Of a stretch of 64,000 nt of DNA, positions 36,391-48,055 are shown in pieces. The stretch lies in assembly GCA_028534125.1 (NCBI GenBank), contig CM052816.1:12898001-12962000 (forward strand), written 5' to 3'. This stretch comes from Lama glama (lineage: Eukaryota). Each line of letters starts with the position of its first letter. The first letter of the stretch is position 1. The notes under the pieces were generated by a model that saw nothing but the letters and a program-made list of their open reading frames with translations, ran no database searches and was not told the DNA's origin. Made by a program: the position numbers and the translations under genes.

Positions 36391-37369
36391 GTGAGTGTGC
36401 AAGCTTTCCTCCCCCGCATTCCCTCCAACCCAGCCTGTTGGCTCAACGTCCTGATGGTCTCCCCCTCCTCAGATCTCTTTGTCTTTCAATTTATCTTCTA
36501 CACTGCTGCCAAAGAGACTTTTCTAAAATAAATATTTGATTTGTCACTTGCCTCACTTAGCTCCCCGTCATCTACGGAATAACGTTCAAATCTCTCTAAG
36601 ATAAACGTCTTAGTCCGTAAACTCAAGGGGACAGGTAATATTTCTGTCTCTGACTGCATTTAATTTCAGTGATGACCTCCCACCCTGCCAGGTGGTAGGA
36701 GTTTAACCTTCATTCAGAATTTCCTCTCCTTTACCCAGGGGAGGGTCTTAGTTCCTGGGGATGTCCCAGTGCCAAAGCCTCGAGTGGCTGTGAGATCCTC
36801 AGTGGTCATCTCAGAGAGGTTTTCTGAAAGAAACCAAGAGCATCTCCTGCCCAGAGGGCACTCCAGGAAACCGTCTGCAGGATCAACAAAATAAAATAAG
36901 AAAATGAGATGTCCCTGTGGATGCAGAGATGGGGGGACCATTCAGAACATTCATGGAAGAAGCAGGTGCCTCTTGTGTACATACCTTAATAAAAGAACGG
37001 AAAAGCAACCTGAGATAAGGAGTCTAGTGCAGTAGGTCGCCAGCTAGTGTAGAGTGCAAACGAATGGTGTTTTAATGCTTTTTACTGGTATTTTAATTCA
37101 TCTCTAAGCGCTGTATTTACGTATTATACAGTTCCAGCCAAACCTAAAGCACAACTTTCACATTCATTTTTTCTGGCCTGCAAAATAGTTTCAGCAAACC
37201 ATAGAGAGATACACCTGCTTTGTTGACTTCTTGTCAAATGTACGAAGGAAGGGGATGTGTCCAGGTACAGAAATGATAAAATATTACATCTGGAAGGAGA
37301 CTTCCTCTTATCTATGGAGAGTCTAGGGTCTATGGAAGCAGTGGCTACCCAAGATCATGTAGCTAATAA

Positions 37370-38528
37370 GCAACAAGCTGGGGCCCAGATCCAGGCACCA
37401 CAGCTGTTCTCGTGGAACAGTGTGAATGGCTGAGGAAATTGGCATGTTTCACTCAGTTTCCAAAGGTAGAAGACTTGAGCGATGCTGGGAAAAGGGATGT
37501 CAAAGCAGAAAGCAGCAGTGAGCAGCTGCAGGTGTCCTTGTATTCTGCACACCCTTCTCCCTTTTCTAGGGAGAATCAGGACTCACCTCTAGGGCTCTGT
37601 ATCTCCCCAGGGCTAATACAATTTCTTGCCCAAACTTGCAGGCCTTGGTCCACCATACACATTCCCCCTCCTCTGGTAACAGCACCTCTGGCCACCTTTG
37701 GGGAATGACCCCTCCCCGGTGAGTGCAGTCTTCGGGAAGGTCTTCTCCAGGGTCTGGTGTTCCGGGTGAGGAGGGGCCATGTGATCCACAGACCAACCAG
37801 AGCCCCTCTCATGGTGATCTGGCTCTTGATCCAAGTGACACAAAGGGAAAAAAACAGCTGGAGCCAGTTCATCCAGAGATACACCCTGAAGAGACTATCC
37901 ATTTGTGCCTGCACCCTGTTTGCCCAGTTCTTCCCTAGTTCCCATCTTGTTGAGAATTGTGTCGACTGACAAAAATAGCAAAAACTAAATGTTGAGAATT
38001 ATGTTTTATTGGGGGAACTTTCTGAGGACTTCAAGCCCAGGAGACAGCTGCTTAGAGAGCACCAAGGTACTGGTCCAAGAGGTAGGGGAGGAGCCAGGAT
38101 ACATAGCCGTTTTTGCAACAAAGGCTGGGTAGTCAGAACATCAAAAAGATTACTGTCAAATAAAGAAAACCAGATATCTCAAGTTAATGAGTTTAGCGCT
38201 TTTCTATGTATGGGAAAGTGCAAAAGTCTGGGCTCATTGAAGTCATTCCTCTGATGGGCACCTAAAAGATCTAGGATCAGTATCCAGTGCTTCCCATCCT
38301 GAGTCTCCTCAGGATTCACCATCAGGGGCAGCTGCAATGTGATGGCTTGATGGCTGCAACATCCTTTGGTTACTGATATGGCAGGAAATATTTTACATTC
38401 ATAGCTGGTTATGTAGTTTTGCCTTCAATTTGGTGTGTTATCTCAAATCCTTCCAATAAACTCCTTTCTTTGCCTATTTTGTTAAAATTGGCTTTGGTTA
38501 CTTACAAATAGCCTGAGTGCATAATACA
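37370..38528 (+). mobile_element. Old ERVL/MaLR-type LTR split by a younger LTR
   Basis: 3' terminus ccttccaataaactcctttcttgcc...ttggttacttacaaatagcctgagtgcataataca (38450-38528); 5' extent approximate. Confidence 0.5.
37960..38403 (-). mobile_element. MER41_BT-like ERV1 solo LTR (cetartiodactyl)
   Basis: tgtcgactgacaaaaat...gttgagaattatgttttatt...gaggagccaggata...ctcaagttaatgagtttagcgcttttctatgtatgggaa...tactgatatggcagg matches the recalled MER41_BT-type consensus; AATAAA lies on the minus strand. Confidence 0.75.
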
Positions 38529-38530
38529 TA

Positions 38531-39331
38531 CAGCGGACACTCCTATTGATCAACTGCCACTTAACTGACTTTTCATTAACCGAGTGGATTAAATAGTGCT
38601 CAGAATGCTGATTGCTGCTATCTCATGTGCCCGCCCACACACTCCATTTGAGTTCTGTACGTACCAAGCATCATCCTGTTTGTTCTCAAACCTGTGGGTG
38701 CCAGTTATACATGTTGTTTCAATTTGGTAACATAATTAATTATTAATTAAGTAATGAAATGAGAAGGCAGAAACTATTCTTGTGAAAAGCAAGTTGAATT
38801 CTTTGGAGTCTCGATAAAGTTAAGCAACTTAAAAATGCTGCCATAAATTAGGGGTGGGTGAGAAGATGATCAGAAAATGACACAAAACTATAGAACTCCA
38901 GGATTTTTTAATCTCATTGCTTCTCAGAGTTTTTAAGTTCTTGTTCTCTTTTGAGCAAATCAAAACTGGAAGTCAGAGAGAGTGCCTAATGGGTGAATTA
39001 CAATGGGCAGACTCAAGAATCAAAGAAAAGTCTTTGGCCCTATGAAAAATTAGGAAATCAATGACCATTTATGTATGCTAAGTTAAAAAATGCTTAAGCT
39101 ATACAGTTGTCCCTTGGGTATCTGTGGCGGAAGCCAGGGTATCCAGAGATACTCAAGTTCCTCCCATAAAATGACAGTACAATCAGCCTTTAGTACCCAC
39201 AGTTCTACATCTGCAGGTTCTGTACCCACAGATTTGGAGGGACGGCCTACTGTATATCATTAGGTATGATTTTTGGGGTTAACTGTATTTTTTCTATTTA
39301 ATTAAGTGATCAAATTGAATAGAATATCTTT
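38531..39331 (+). mobile_element. TcMar-Tigger fossil with decayed CENP-B-type HTH transposase remnants
   Basis: Frameshifted peptides KSKLNSLE..DKVKQLKNAAI.LGVGEKMIRK*, SKSKLEVRESA*WV, IKEKSLAL; begins TA|CAG. Confidence 0.65.
39104..39252. mobile_element. MER2/Tigger-derived MITE nested in the Tigger fossil
   Basis: Imperfect terminal inverted repeats cagttgtcccttgggtatctgtgg / ccacagatttggagggacggcctactg; TA TSDs at 39102-39103 and 39253-39254. Confidence 0.8.
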
Positions 39332-40454
39332 GTATATAGAAACCCAAAGGGAACCTCATACTATACTTATATCCACTCAGGTATTAGTATTCAGCGGTAC
39401 GGGCCTGTCTTAAATTTGGGGAGCCTCCCCACAATTCTTTGCCTCTCAAAAAATAAGAGTCACATAACATCTGAGGGATCTTCCAGTTCACATCTTCTCC
39501 TTGCTGCTGTGAAACCTGAGGACCAGAGAAGGGAAGTGACCATGCTGAGTCTTCCAGTGGCTGATGGCGAGGCTACGACTGTGATCCAGGTCTCCTTAAC
39601 GCAGGAGCTCATCCTGCAGCACAGGAATTGGGTCCAAAGGATTTTATCCATTCATTTATCCCTTTGTAGACACAGCTTTGATACAAAAAGGAATAATTAT
39701 CAGAAGACAATGTGAAGTAAGTTGTCAGGTCATTTTAGAACTAGTACCCACTCAAAAAGATACGAAGCTCATTATTCAGAAGTAAAGGGAATGGGGATGA
39801 ATCACTCTGGGATCCCTGAATAAATCGCAGGTAACTCATTTGCAAGCGTTTTAACTATCTGAATATGGATGATGGGCCGTTCTATCCGCAGTCTGCTTTC
39901 TCCTGTGTCACAGAGATTCCCACTTCCCCAGCTCACCCACCTCATGCAATTTTGTAGCAAGAAAGCTACATGTTATAGTCATTGACCAAACCACCAAGGT
40001 CTTTCCCTTGATTATCCCAGAAATGAAGATGTCCTTTTCACTAAACTAGATGTGAGCACGGAAATGAGTGGTCAGTTGGGTCACAAAGGTAGGACTGGCT
40101 GATCTACTTTTCACTGACTATTTTTTTCATAGAAGCGACTGTGTTTTGGCTGTAACCGACAAGATTGAATGATGTTTGGTGTTGGGTACTCAGGCCAAAG
40201 AGAGTTTATTTCACCCCTATTCTAGACACCATGTTGACCTCCAGCAAGGTCAGCACTCCTTTCCCGTCCTCCCTCCTCCTCCCCTCCTGTGAAGATGGTT
40301 GCCACGTTTCACTGCCCTTCCTTTTCAAAGGACGCACACTGCTGCTCGAAACCAAAGATGTGACTAGGACTGACTGTCAGGGTGAAGATGGGAGGGAGTC
40401 TATCTCTTTGCTGGGTTTTATTTTCCAGGAGTCTTCAGCAATCTGGATCAGACT

Positions 40455-40775
40455 AGAGTCACAAAGTCAGATAACATGGAGCTAGGCAATTAATATACGT
40501 GATGAGGTGGACAAACTGGGCTGGGACACTCCATATAAACTGGGAAGTCCATATTCGCCAGAGGAGTGGTCATGAGGTGGCTTCAGCCTCCTGGACGAAT
40601 GTGTGCCTGTCAGCTAGATATGCTAACTTTTATTTAAGAGAGCTAGAAATCTAACTATTTCATGTAAAAAAACCTCTTTATTTTAAAATTAGTTAAAATT
40701 TTAAACACTGTCGAAACCAAATAAATTGTATCTTTGGGCCAGCGTGCAGTCCATGGGCTACCAGAGAGCGAGCCC
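40455..40775 (+). mobile_element. MER102-like hAT-Charlie element
   Basis: aagagagctagaaatctaactatttcatgtaaaa...aaacactgtcgaaaccaaataaattgtatctttgggccagcgtgcagtccatgggctacc. Confidence 0.6.
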
Positions 40776-41524
40776 ATCTTCCCTAAGCCTTTCTCATGGC
40801 AGGTATGAAGACAAAGCTGAACATGTCCTGATAATCTACAGGAATCAAACTAACTACTCTGTCCATTTCAATGGTTCTGTAGAGACCCATCAAAACCTTT
40901 GGAAGACCTCCCCGTACATAGCTCACTACTAAGGCTGTACTAACCTTATTTAACAACAACAACAAAATTCTATTTATTTTCCACCTCTAGTGTTTCAGGG
41001 ATCAAGCATTCCTGTAAATAATGAGAATTCAGTAGGACTAATTGTTCATTATAGAGAGATCAAAATACTTCACATAGCCTTTGGTTCCAAAGACTTCTTC
41101 CTGTAATTAAAGAGCGCCGTGTTTTGGCATTTGGTCTATCTTATTGATAATCTCAGTGCTTGGCTAATAAGTTTTTAACTGAAAAGCATCTCAATGAGTG
41201 AAACGACAATGTGTTAACTGAACCCACCAAACAGTCATCAGAAGAGTGAGACGTCACAGGCTCTATTGTGCTATTTATCGAGTACTTACGCGCAGCTCTG
41301 TATGCTGAGGAAGAGACTAGGTCCACTTCTTTGGAAAGTCCCCAACAAGCCCACCAGCAGGAAAAACTCTTTGGACGAGATCGGCTACCTTTGCAAAGGA
41401 AGTGCAGTCACGTTCGCTCTGTTCTCTGGGCCTGTGTCCCCTGTGGTGGAAAGGGAAGGGTTAGGCAGGTTCTTCTCTGAAGAACTTGTTTCACCCTGAA
41501 ACTGTGGAAAAAAAAAAAAAAAAG

Positions 41525-41750
41525 GCTGGACTCTGGACTCCAGTATCTGGATTTGAGTCCTTGATCCACCACCTGTCACTGGGTGCTGTTGGATAAGTCC
41601 TTCTTTAGGCATCAATTTTCTCATCTGTTAAATGGGAATAACAATATGACGAATCTCACTGTGACTGTAAGGATTACATGGGGGTAACACATGTGCTGGA
41701 AACAGTGTTTGCCATGTAATAAGCATCAAAAAAATTTTAACTAATGATAT
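41525..41750 (+). mobile_element. MIR SINE (near full length)
   Basis: tggactctggactccagtatctggatttgagtcc...ttttctcatctgttaaatgggaataacaata...gccatgtaataagcatcaa. Confidence 0.85.
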
Positions 41751-43744
41751 TCCAACACTAAAGTGAAGAGGCCATTGGCCCATTGAGAAGGAGCCTTGCA
41801 ATCCCTTCCCAGCTCTCAGTTAGCTAACTCTGACCCTAAGTAAGTCGGTCTTACAAGGCCTCTATTCTGCATCTGTGAGTAATGAGGGGGTTGGACTGGG
41901 GTTTTGATTCTTAAGAACTACTTAGAACTTTCCAGAGGTGAGATGTGAGGGCTCCTGGCAATGCTGAAGAATATATTTCTATTTAGATTAACTAACATCA
42001 CCTCTAGGATGTGCATTCAAATGAATAGTTCTATCGCATTGTCTAGGACGGGGAATTCCAAAGTCAAATCACAGGTAATATAATACTTTTTGTTATTTCT
42101 GGAGAGGGAAACACTTGTCTAGGCAGGAAAAGTGTGGAAGAAGCTCTTGGGCCCTTCTCTTCCCGCTGCCTTCCTCCTCTTCCTTCTCCTCCTCCTCCCG
42201 GAGCAGTTGAGTGAGTGGGGGCCTGGGGCTCAGCATTCTCTGTAGGGATCAGCCTCTCCTCCACACACATGTGCTGAGGGGCCTGCCCGACAGGAGGCCG
42301 GGAGCTGTCCCCCTCTGCCCCTCTGCCCTGGCCAGATGGGAGAGTTTCTCTCATTCAGAGAGAAAAATGTTAGTGGTTGCCGACCCATGCCATGTTCCAG
42401 ATCCACTTTATCCATGAAAGTTGGCATCTTGACCTTGAGCTATCTGATTTCCAGCGATACATTTCTCAGTGAGGTCTGAGCCCAGAGAAGGAAGTGCGCT
42501 GTTATTTACGTGGCCCCCAAAGTCCCAATAAATATCTCGGAATCTATTTGAATTGCTTAGAGGAAAAATGCTCAAACGCAGGGCGCCTTGTTTACACGCC
42601 GATGCAATTCCCCAGCCAGGCCAGACCACAAGGATCCAAAATTTTCGAGGACCTATAAACAGATTTTCCTGGTTAAAGGGTGCAAGTCTTCAGACTCCAG
42701 CTACCCAGCCACTGTTTTCTAAGCCAAACCTCGCTGGTTGAGGTCTTGTTCCTCGGAATGTGACTGCCTGCCCAGTTCCATTCTGCCTCTAAAAGGTTCT
42801 CTGTTCCAGCTCTGAAATCCTGAGGAACTATCCGTCTTGTTCTTATTTAAACACTCTGGCCCATAAATAACTTGCCGAATGAAAGGGGGTCTTATGTCAG
42901 CTCTGCTTGGGCAATTGCACATGGTGACAAGCGTCGTCTATGGTCTCCTTTCCACATTCCCTCTACAGCACTAGTCAGGAAAAAGTCCTCTCCTCCTCGA
43001 CTTCACATCCCAAAGTCTGTCTGGACCTCCCCAAGTACGCCGGCAGCTGAAGCGACTGCACGTTCTCATTGCCAGAGTAATTATATTTTGTATCCTTTCA
43101 CTCTTTCTGCTGGTCCTTGCAAATGAGTCGTGATACATTTGAAATTTTCACATGAGGAATTTATTAAATTGTCCAGATAATTAAAGTAAAACCAGCATTT
43201 GTTTCCCCATGAGACAATTAATAGCCATTGCATATAAGAGCCGTGCCTAATGGCCAGTGGGATGCATTTACACTGGGCTGTGGAATTTAGGTTCCTTCTG
43301 ATTCAGGTACCTGAGAATCATGCAGATAAATATCTTTGAACTACAGTTGATGGGCTCTGCCAGGCATCCATTGATTCCACAAATGGTTTCTTTTCCAGAT
43401 TGTGAAAAGACCTGATAAGCCATTTCCTCTAATTACCATAGCTCTTCAGGCGGAGCTGGGATAGCTCCCATATTGATCCACTCCACTCTCAGCCCTCACT
43501 CCAGCCCCAGGCAAGGCAGAATTTCCTTTAAAACATTTCAGAAAGCTGATGAAGTCCAAAGAAGTGCAATTCTTCCCCCCAGATTTTATTTTTCGTAGCA
43601 CTCGGGCTCTTGCTTCAGATACGCAAAAAGAGGATTGTTAGATATGGAAACATCAGAGAAATAGGTGTCTGCCTCCAATGTCACTGGGTTTTATTTTATT
43701 TTATTTTTTTAATTGACTATATATTTTCAACTATATCTGAGTAT

Positions 43745-43900
43745 TTTTTTTAATCAAGTAGAAGAGACTTTCAGTGTTGTGCTAGTCTCTGATGTACAGC
43801 ATAGTAATTCAGTTATAAATGTACATATTCTTTTTCATATTCTTTTTCTAGGTAATTCAAGATACTTACTATAGTTCCCTGGGCTATACAGGAGAACCTT
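43745..43900 (-). mobile_element. Artiodactyl-type L1 3' end
   Basis: tgttgtgctagtctctgatgtacagcatagtaattcagttata...tatagttccctgggctatacaggagaacctt. Confidence 0.8.
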
Positions 43901-44319
43901 AGATTTTAAAACAGGAGATCAGAGTCTACTTTTTGGAGAATTACATACTCCTAAGAATACCAGCTAAAGTGGCAGATGAGACAAATAATAATGTCTGAGC
44001 ACAGAAAGAGCTCATTTGAGAGTGTTCTAGCATTTATCCTAAAATTCAAAAAATAATAAATCACTGCAGATGAATCCCAATTGTAAAATAGTTTCTCGCA
44101 CTGCAACTGGATTAGTATTGCCTTTTAAGGTGTGGGCATCTGAGCAGAATGCTGCCTGAAAAGCTCTGTGTGGACTGAATCAAAGTCTAACTGAACAGTT
44201 CCCCAGGTTACAGAGGGGAGGGGGGAGCCCCAGCTCACCTCCCAGGTGCGCTGGCACCACAAGCCCCTGAAGGGGTCTGGTGACAGGAGACCAGTGACCT
44301 GGAGGGTAAATTGCAGAGT

Positions 44320-45530
44320 ATTTGTAATGGAAAAAGTACTTAACATTTACAGAGGTTAATATGACCAATACTGATGCACCCACCATTCAACCATTTGTAG
44401 ATACTAACAGGCAAATGCAGAACAGATAAACAAGATTGTACTGTGTAGCACAGGGAAATATATACAAGATCTAGTGGTAGCTCACAGTGAAAAAAAACGT
44501 GACAAAGAATATATGTACGTTCATGTATAACTGAAGAATTGTGCTCTACACTGGAATTGGACACAACATTGTAAAATGACTATAACTCAATAAAAAAATG
44601 TTAAAATTTTTTTTAAAAAATTGAAAAAAAAGAACAATGTTTTGCCGCAGTTACTTCAAGATCTTTCCTATTGAAAGAGAGAAATGCAAATGTATTACAG
44701 AGAAAGTTGACACCTCCTGTGTAGGTGTAAAACACATTTACCTCGTTCCAATCTCAGAAACAATTTCCAATCTAAATATAGAGTGTGTCTAACTTATGCC
44801 TTTAAACCTTTACTGTGAGGACATATGTTTATATGTCACCATAAATGCGGTATAGCATTACCAGCCTCACCATTTTTAATTTAAATAAACGATATCAAGG
44901 TGTAACTTGCTTTTTCTCTTCCAGCAGTGTTTTTAGATCTGCCCATGTGGACACAGGAAGATATTCCTCATTTATTTTGCACACTGTTCCATCTTTATCA
45001 ATATACCACAATTTCTTAATCCCCATCCTCTCACAGATGAGCATTTGACTCATTTCCAATTTTTTGTTATTAAAAACATCGCTGCAAAGAACATTCTTTG
45101 GCATGTCTCCATGTTGCACATGTGTAAAAGTTTCACTGGGATATCAACCCAGAAGTGCAACTGAGGGTAATAGGCTATGGGCATTTTCAACTCTGCTTAA
45201 TGTCACCAAATCACTTTCTAAAGTCATTATACCCACTGGCACCTCTCCCGTCAGTGATTGTGAGTTCACTTTTCCCCACTAACACTTGATATTAGCAAAC
45301 TTCTTAAATCCTGCCAGTTTTGTGATTATGAAATATCATCTGGTTGCTTTAATTCCCTAAATACTAGTAAGATTGAGTGTCTCTTCATATGTTTATTGGC
45401 CATTTGGATTTCTTCTTCTGAAATTTCTGCTTATATCTTCAGTCTGTCATTCTGTATGCTTATTTGTCTTTTTCTTATTGCTTTGTGGGAGCTCCTTACC
45501 TACGCTGCTTACTAATCCTTTTTTTTTAAA
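44320..45530 (-). mobile_element. L1ME-type 3' region (host of a nested L1)
   Basis: atataccacaatttctta, gatgagcatttgactcatttccaattttttgttattaaaa, ttcatatgtttattggccatttggatttcttcttctg. Confidence 0.8.
44394..44630 (+). mobile_element. Young camelid-type L1 3' end, same subfamily as 15833-16116
   Basis: gcacagggaaatatatacaagatctagtggtagctcacag...gtgctctacactggaattggacacaacattgtaaaatgactataactcaataaaaaa; both copies give the same spurious MSNSSVEHN ORF. Confidence 0.9.
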
Positions 45531-46899
45531 ACAATGTTACATCTAGAAGCTCTGTTATGCCCCAGTAATTAATTAAAACTTGGAGATCCACATACTCAGG
45601 AGAACCAGTAAGTGATGGAGCAAAGGGCAGAACATCAAGGTTTGATGAAAAGTCTTTGAGAGACAGTTCTGTCATCATCTCAGAAGTACACAGTCATGAC
45701 CTAACTAGAAGAGGTTTCTTAGAAAATGATTAGCGTTTTACCATTGTCACCACTCCAAGCATTTCTAGCGCTCCGAGAATTGCTCTTGCGTTTGTAACCA
45801 GATAGGAATATTCTCTTTTCAACATTTACATTGGCAGCTTTTCCTTTAAGGGAAAGGAGGTTACCCATTGACCTGCCACAATCACTATTGTAAATGGCAG
45901 TCCACCTGGCATTTGCTGCTGCAGAATGAGAACCCTGGCTTTCCCTCAGCAACATCATCATTAAAGTTGTTGCCAATTATCGTAAGTGTCATTTGACAAA
46001 AGCTTTATTTCTAGGAATTTTCTCCGGTCTTCTTCTTTTTATTGGTGGGAGGGGTGTTTCTATCCAAAATTGTAGGAAGGCAATTGGACAACAATTAAAT
46101 TTGACAAATATTTAGTAAGTAAATGGACAGGACCCACCCACACCCCTAAATGGAGGAGGAGGGAATTTGAAGGCAAAAAGAGAAAGGAGAATACAGAACT
46201 CATCATTAACAATTGCTCCACCGTCATGACTGAAAAGCTTTCCAAGCAGCTCTTTGGGGAAAGTTAAGGATAATTGTGACCTCATGAAAGGAAACCCAGT
46301 GTGGCTGGCATCTCCTTAATGTGGTGGAGCTCTTGCAAGGCACTGGACAGCAGCGACCAGACGCAGACACGTCGAATATGGGGAGTGAAAGCTGGGCAAA
46401 GTGGTAAAATAGAAAGGTGACAGCTGGTCCCATCTCCTCACCAAGAACAGTGAAGAAATGGTTCAGAGACAATGTGGTTCTTCAGGACCTGCCCTCAGCC
46501 CTAAATCTTTCCCTTTTCCCAACGAGCTAGGGCAATCACTAAACTAATCATGAAAACGTATGCTGGTCGAGTCTCCAACTTAAAACGTTACAGACAATAT
46601 ACCTTCATGGTCCAGGTAAATGAGGAGGACCCGAGCAGGACCTGCTCACCTGTTTGGAACTCAAAATACAAGGCCTAAATCGTTCTCTTCATGTTTACGA
46701 ATGGATAAACAATAAGAATCCACACAAACATTCTGCAAAATCAGCATAGATGACATTGAAGTCAAGAAATAGAGAAAGAACACCCAGCTGAAAAAAATAC
46801 TACATTAAAGTGAGAATCAAGTTAAGAGAACACCAGCTCCACACTCCACCATAAAATACATGAAATGCAGCCTCTGAGACAAGGAAGGAAAATGAGATG

Positions 46900-47380
46900 A
46901 AAGTCTCAGATTAAGAAATACAGGGAACTAGGTAGTGAAAAAGTATAAAGAAACTACTATTAATATAATGAGAAGTTTTAACCATAATCAATGAAGAATA
47001 GAATTACTGCTGTAGGAAACTGAATTAGCCACATAAAGGAAAAGGTTGACTCACTCTCCCAGACTGAAAAGACAAATGAAAATGGGAGAGAAGCACATGA
47101 AAATTGAAATAAAAGTTAGATGCAATAGAAAAATACTTTCCTGAGCTGAAGATCTAAAGTTGCAGGTCAAAGGTATTTATCATGTAGCAAGCAAAATTGT
47201 TAGAGTGAGATTGGCACTTACCTGTGTCCTGGTTAAATAATTGAATTTCAAAAGTAAAGACAATTTCCTACAAAGACTGAGAGAGGATGCATTCTCCGGG
47301 TGGGGTGGGGGGAAGCATTACTTATAGAGGGAAAAATCAACTTGCCCTCAGAGGTCTTCTGTACAATATTAAAAATCAAA
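46900..47380 (+). mobile_element. Very old L1/HAL1 ORF1 remnant
   Basis: atagaaaaatactttcctgagctgaag (IEKYFPELK), gtcctggttaaataattgaatttcaaaagtaaagac (VLVK*LNFKSKD) and gggaaaaatcaacttgccctcaga resemble ORF1p RRM/CTD motifs. Confidence 0.6.
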
Positions 47381-47920
47381 TAATAAAAAATAAATAAAAT
47401 ATTTAAAATAATATATGCAAGATAGTATAATAAATTAAAACAATAATAAAGGAAACCCATGAGCTTCTGAAGACAAAAGTCCCTAGGACCAAGAAACATG
47501 AATCAAAACAAACAGCCCAAGAATAAGTTGTTATAAATAAAAGATTAATACAGAAGATTAATGCTGTTTCAATATAGAACTGTTCATATAATTGTCTTAA
47601 ACATTTTGCAAAATAGTATAAGAATGTAATGATTCTTAAAAAGGAAAATATATAATACTAGAAAATTAATTTATCATAATACACTGTTATGTCAACAATC
47701 CAGAATATACAAAGAATTAAAGAAGGACATTGAGGTGATTAGAGAAATGACTGGTTTCTGGGTTTTTATGAGAGAATACAATACACAGGGTTTCATCCCT
47801 AATGTTGATAACCACACTTTTTAAAAAAAGAATTAAGAATAACAACCAGGAAAGTTTAAATCAAGGTGCATGCCATTCAAGTTGTTGGAGGGGAAAACGT
47901 TAAGATCAATGATGCTTTGT

Positions 47921-48055
47921 GGGGAGGGTCTAGCTTAGTGGTGTAGCACATGCCTAGCATGCATGGGGTCTTGGGTTCAATCCCCAGTACCTCCATTAAC
48001 AATAAAGACCTAATTACCTTCCCCCAAAATTAAAAAAAAAATTTTAATTAAAAAA
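47921..48055 (+). mobile_element. tRNA-Ala-derived camelid SINE (Vic-1 type, more diverged)
   Basis: ggggagggtctagcttagtggtgtagcacatgcctagcatgcatggggtcttgggttcaatccccagtacctcca plus tail; 16-bp TSD AAGAT(C/T)A(A/G)TGATGCTT at 47902-47917 and 48056-48071. Confidence 0.92.

Noticed and set aside
44380..44645. TSD for the young L1 at 44394-44630
   Set aside because: The flanks do not match convincingly, so no TSD is claimed
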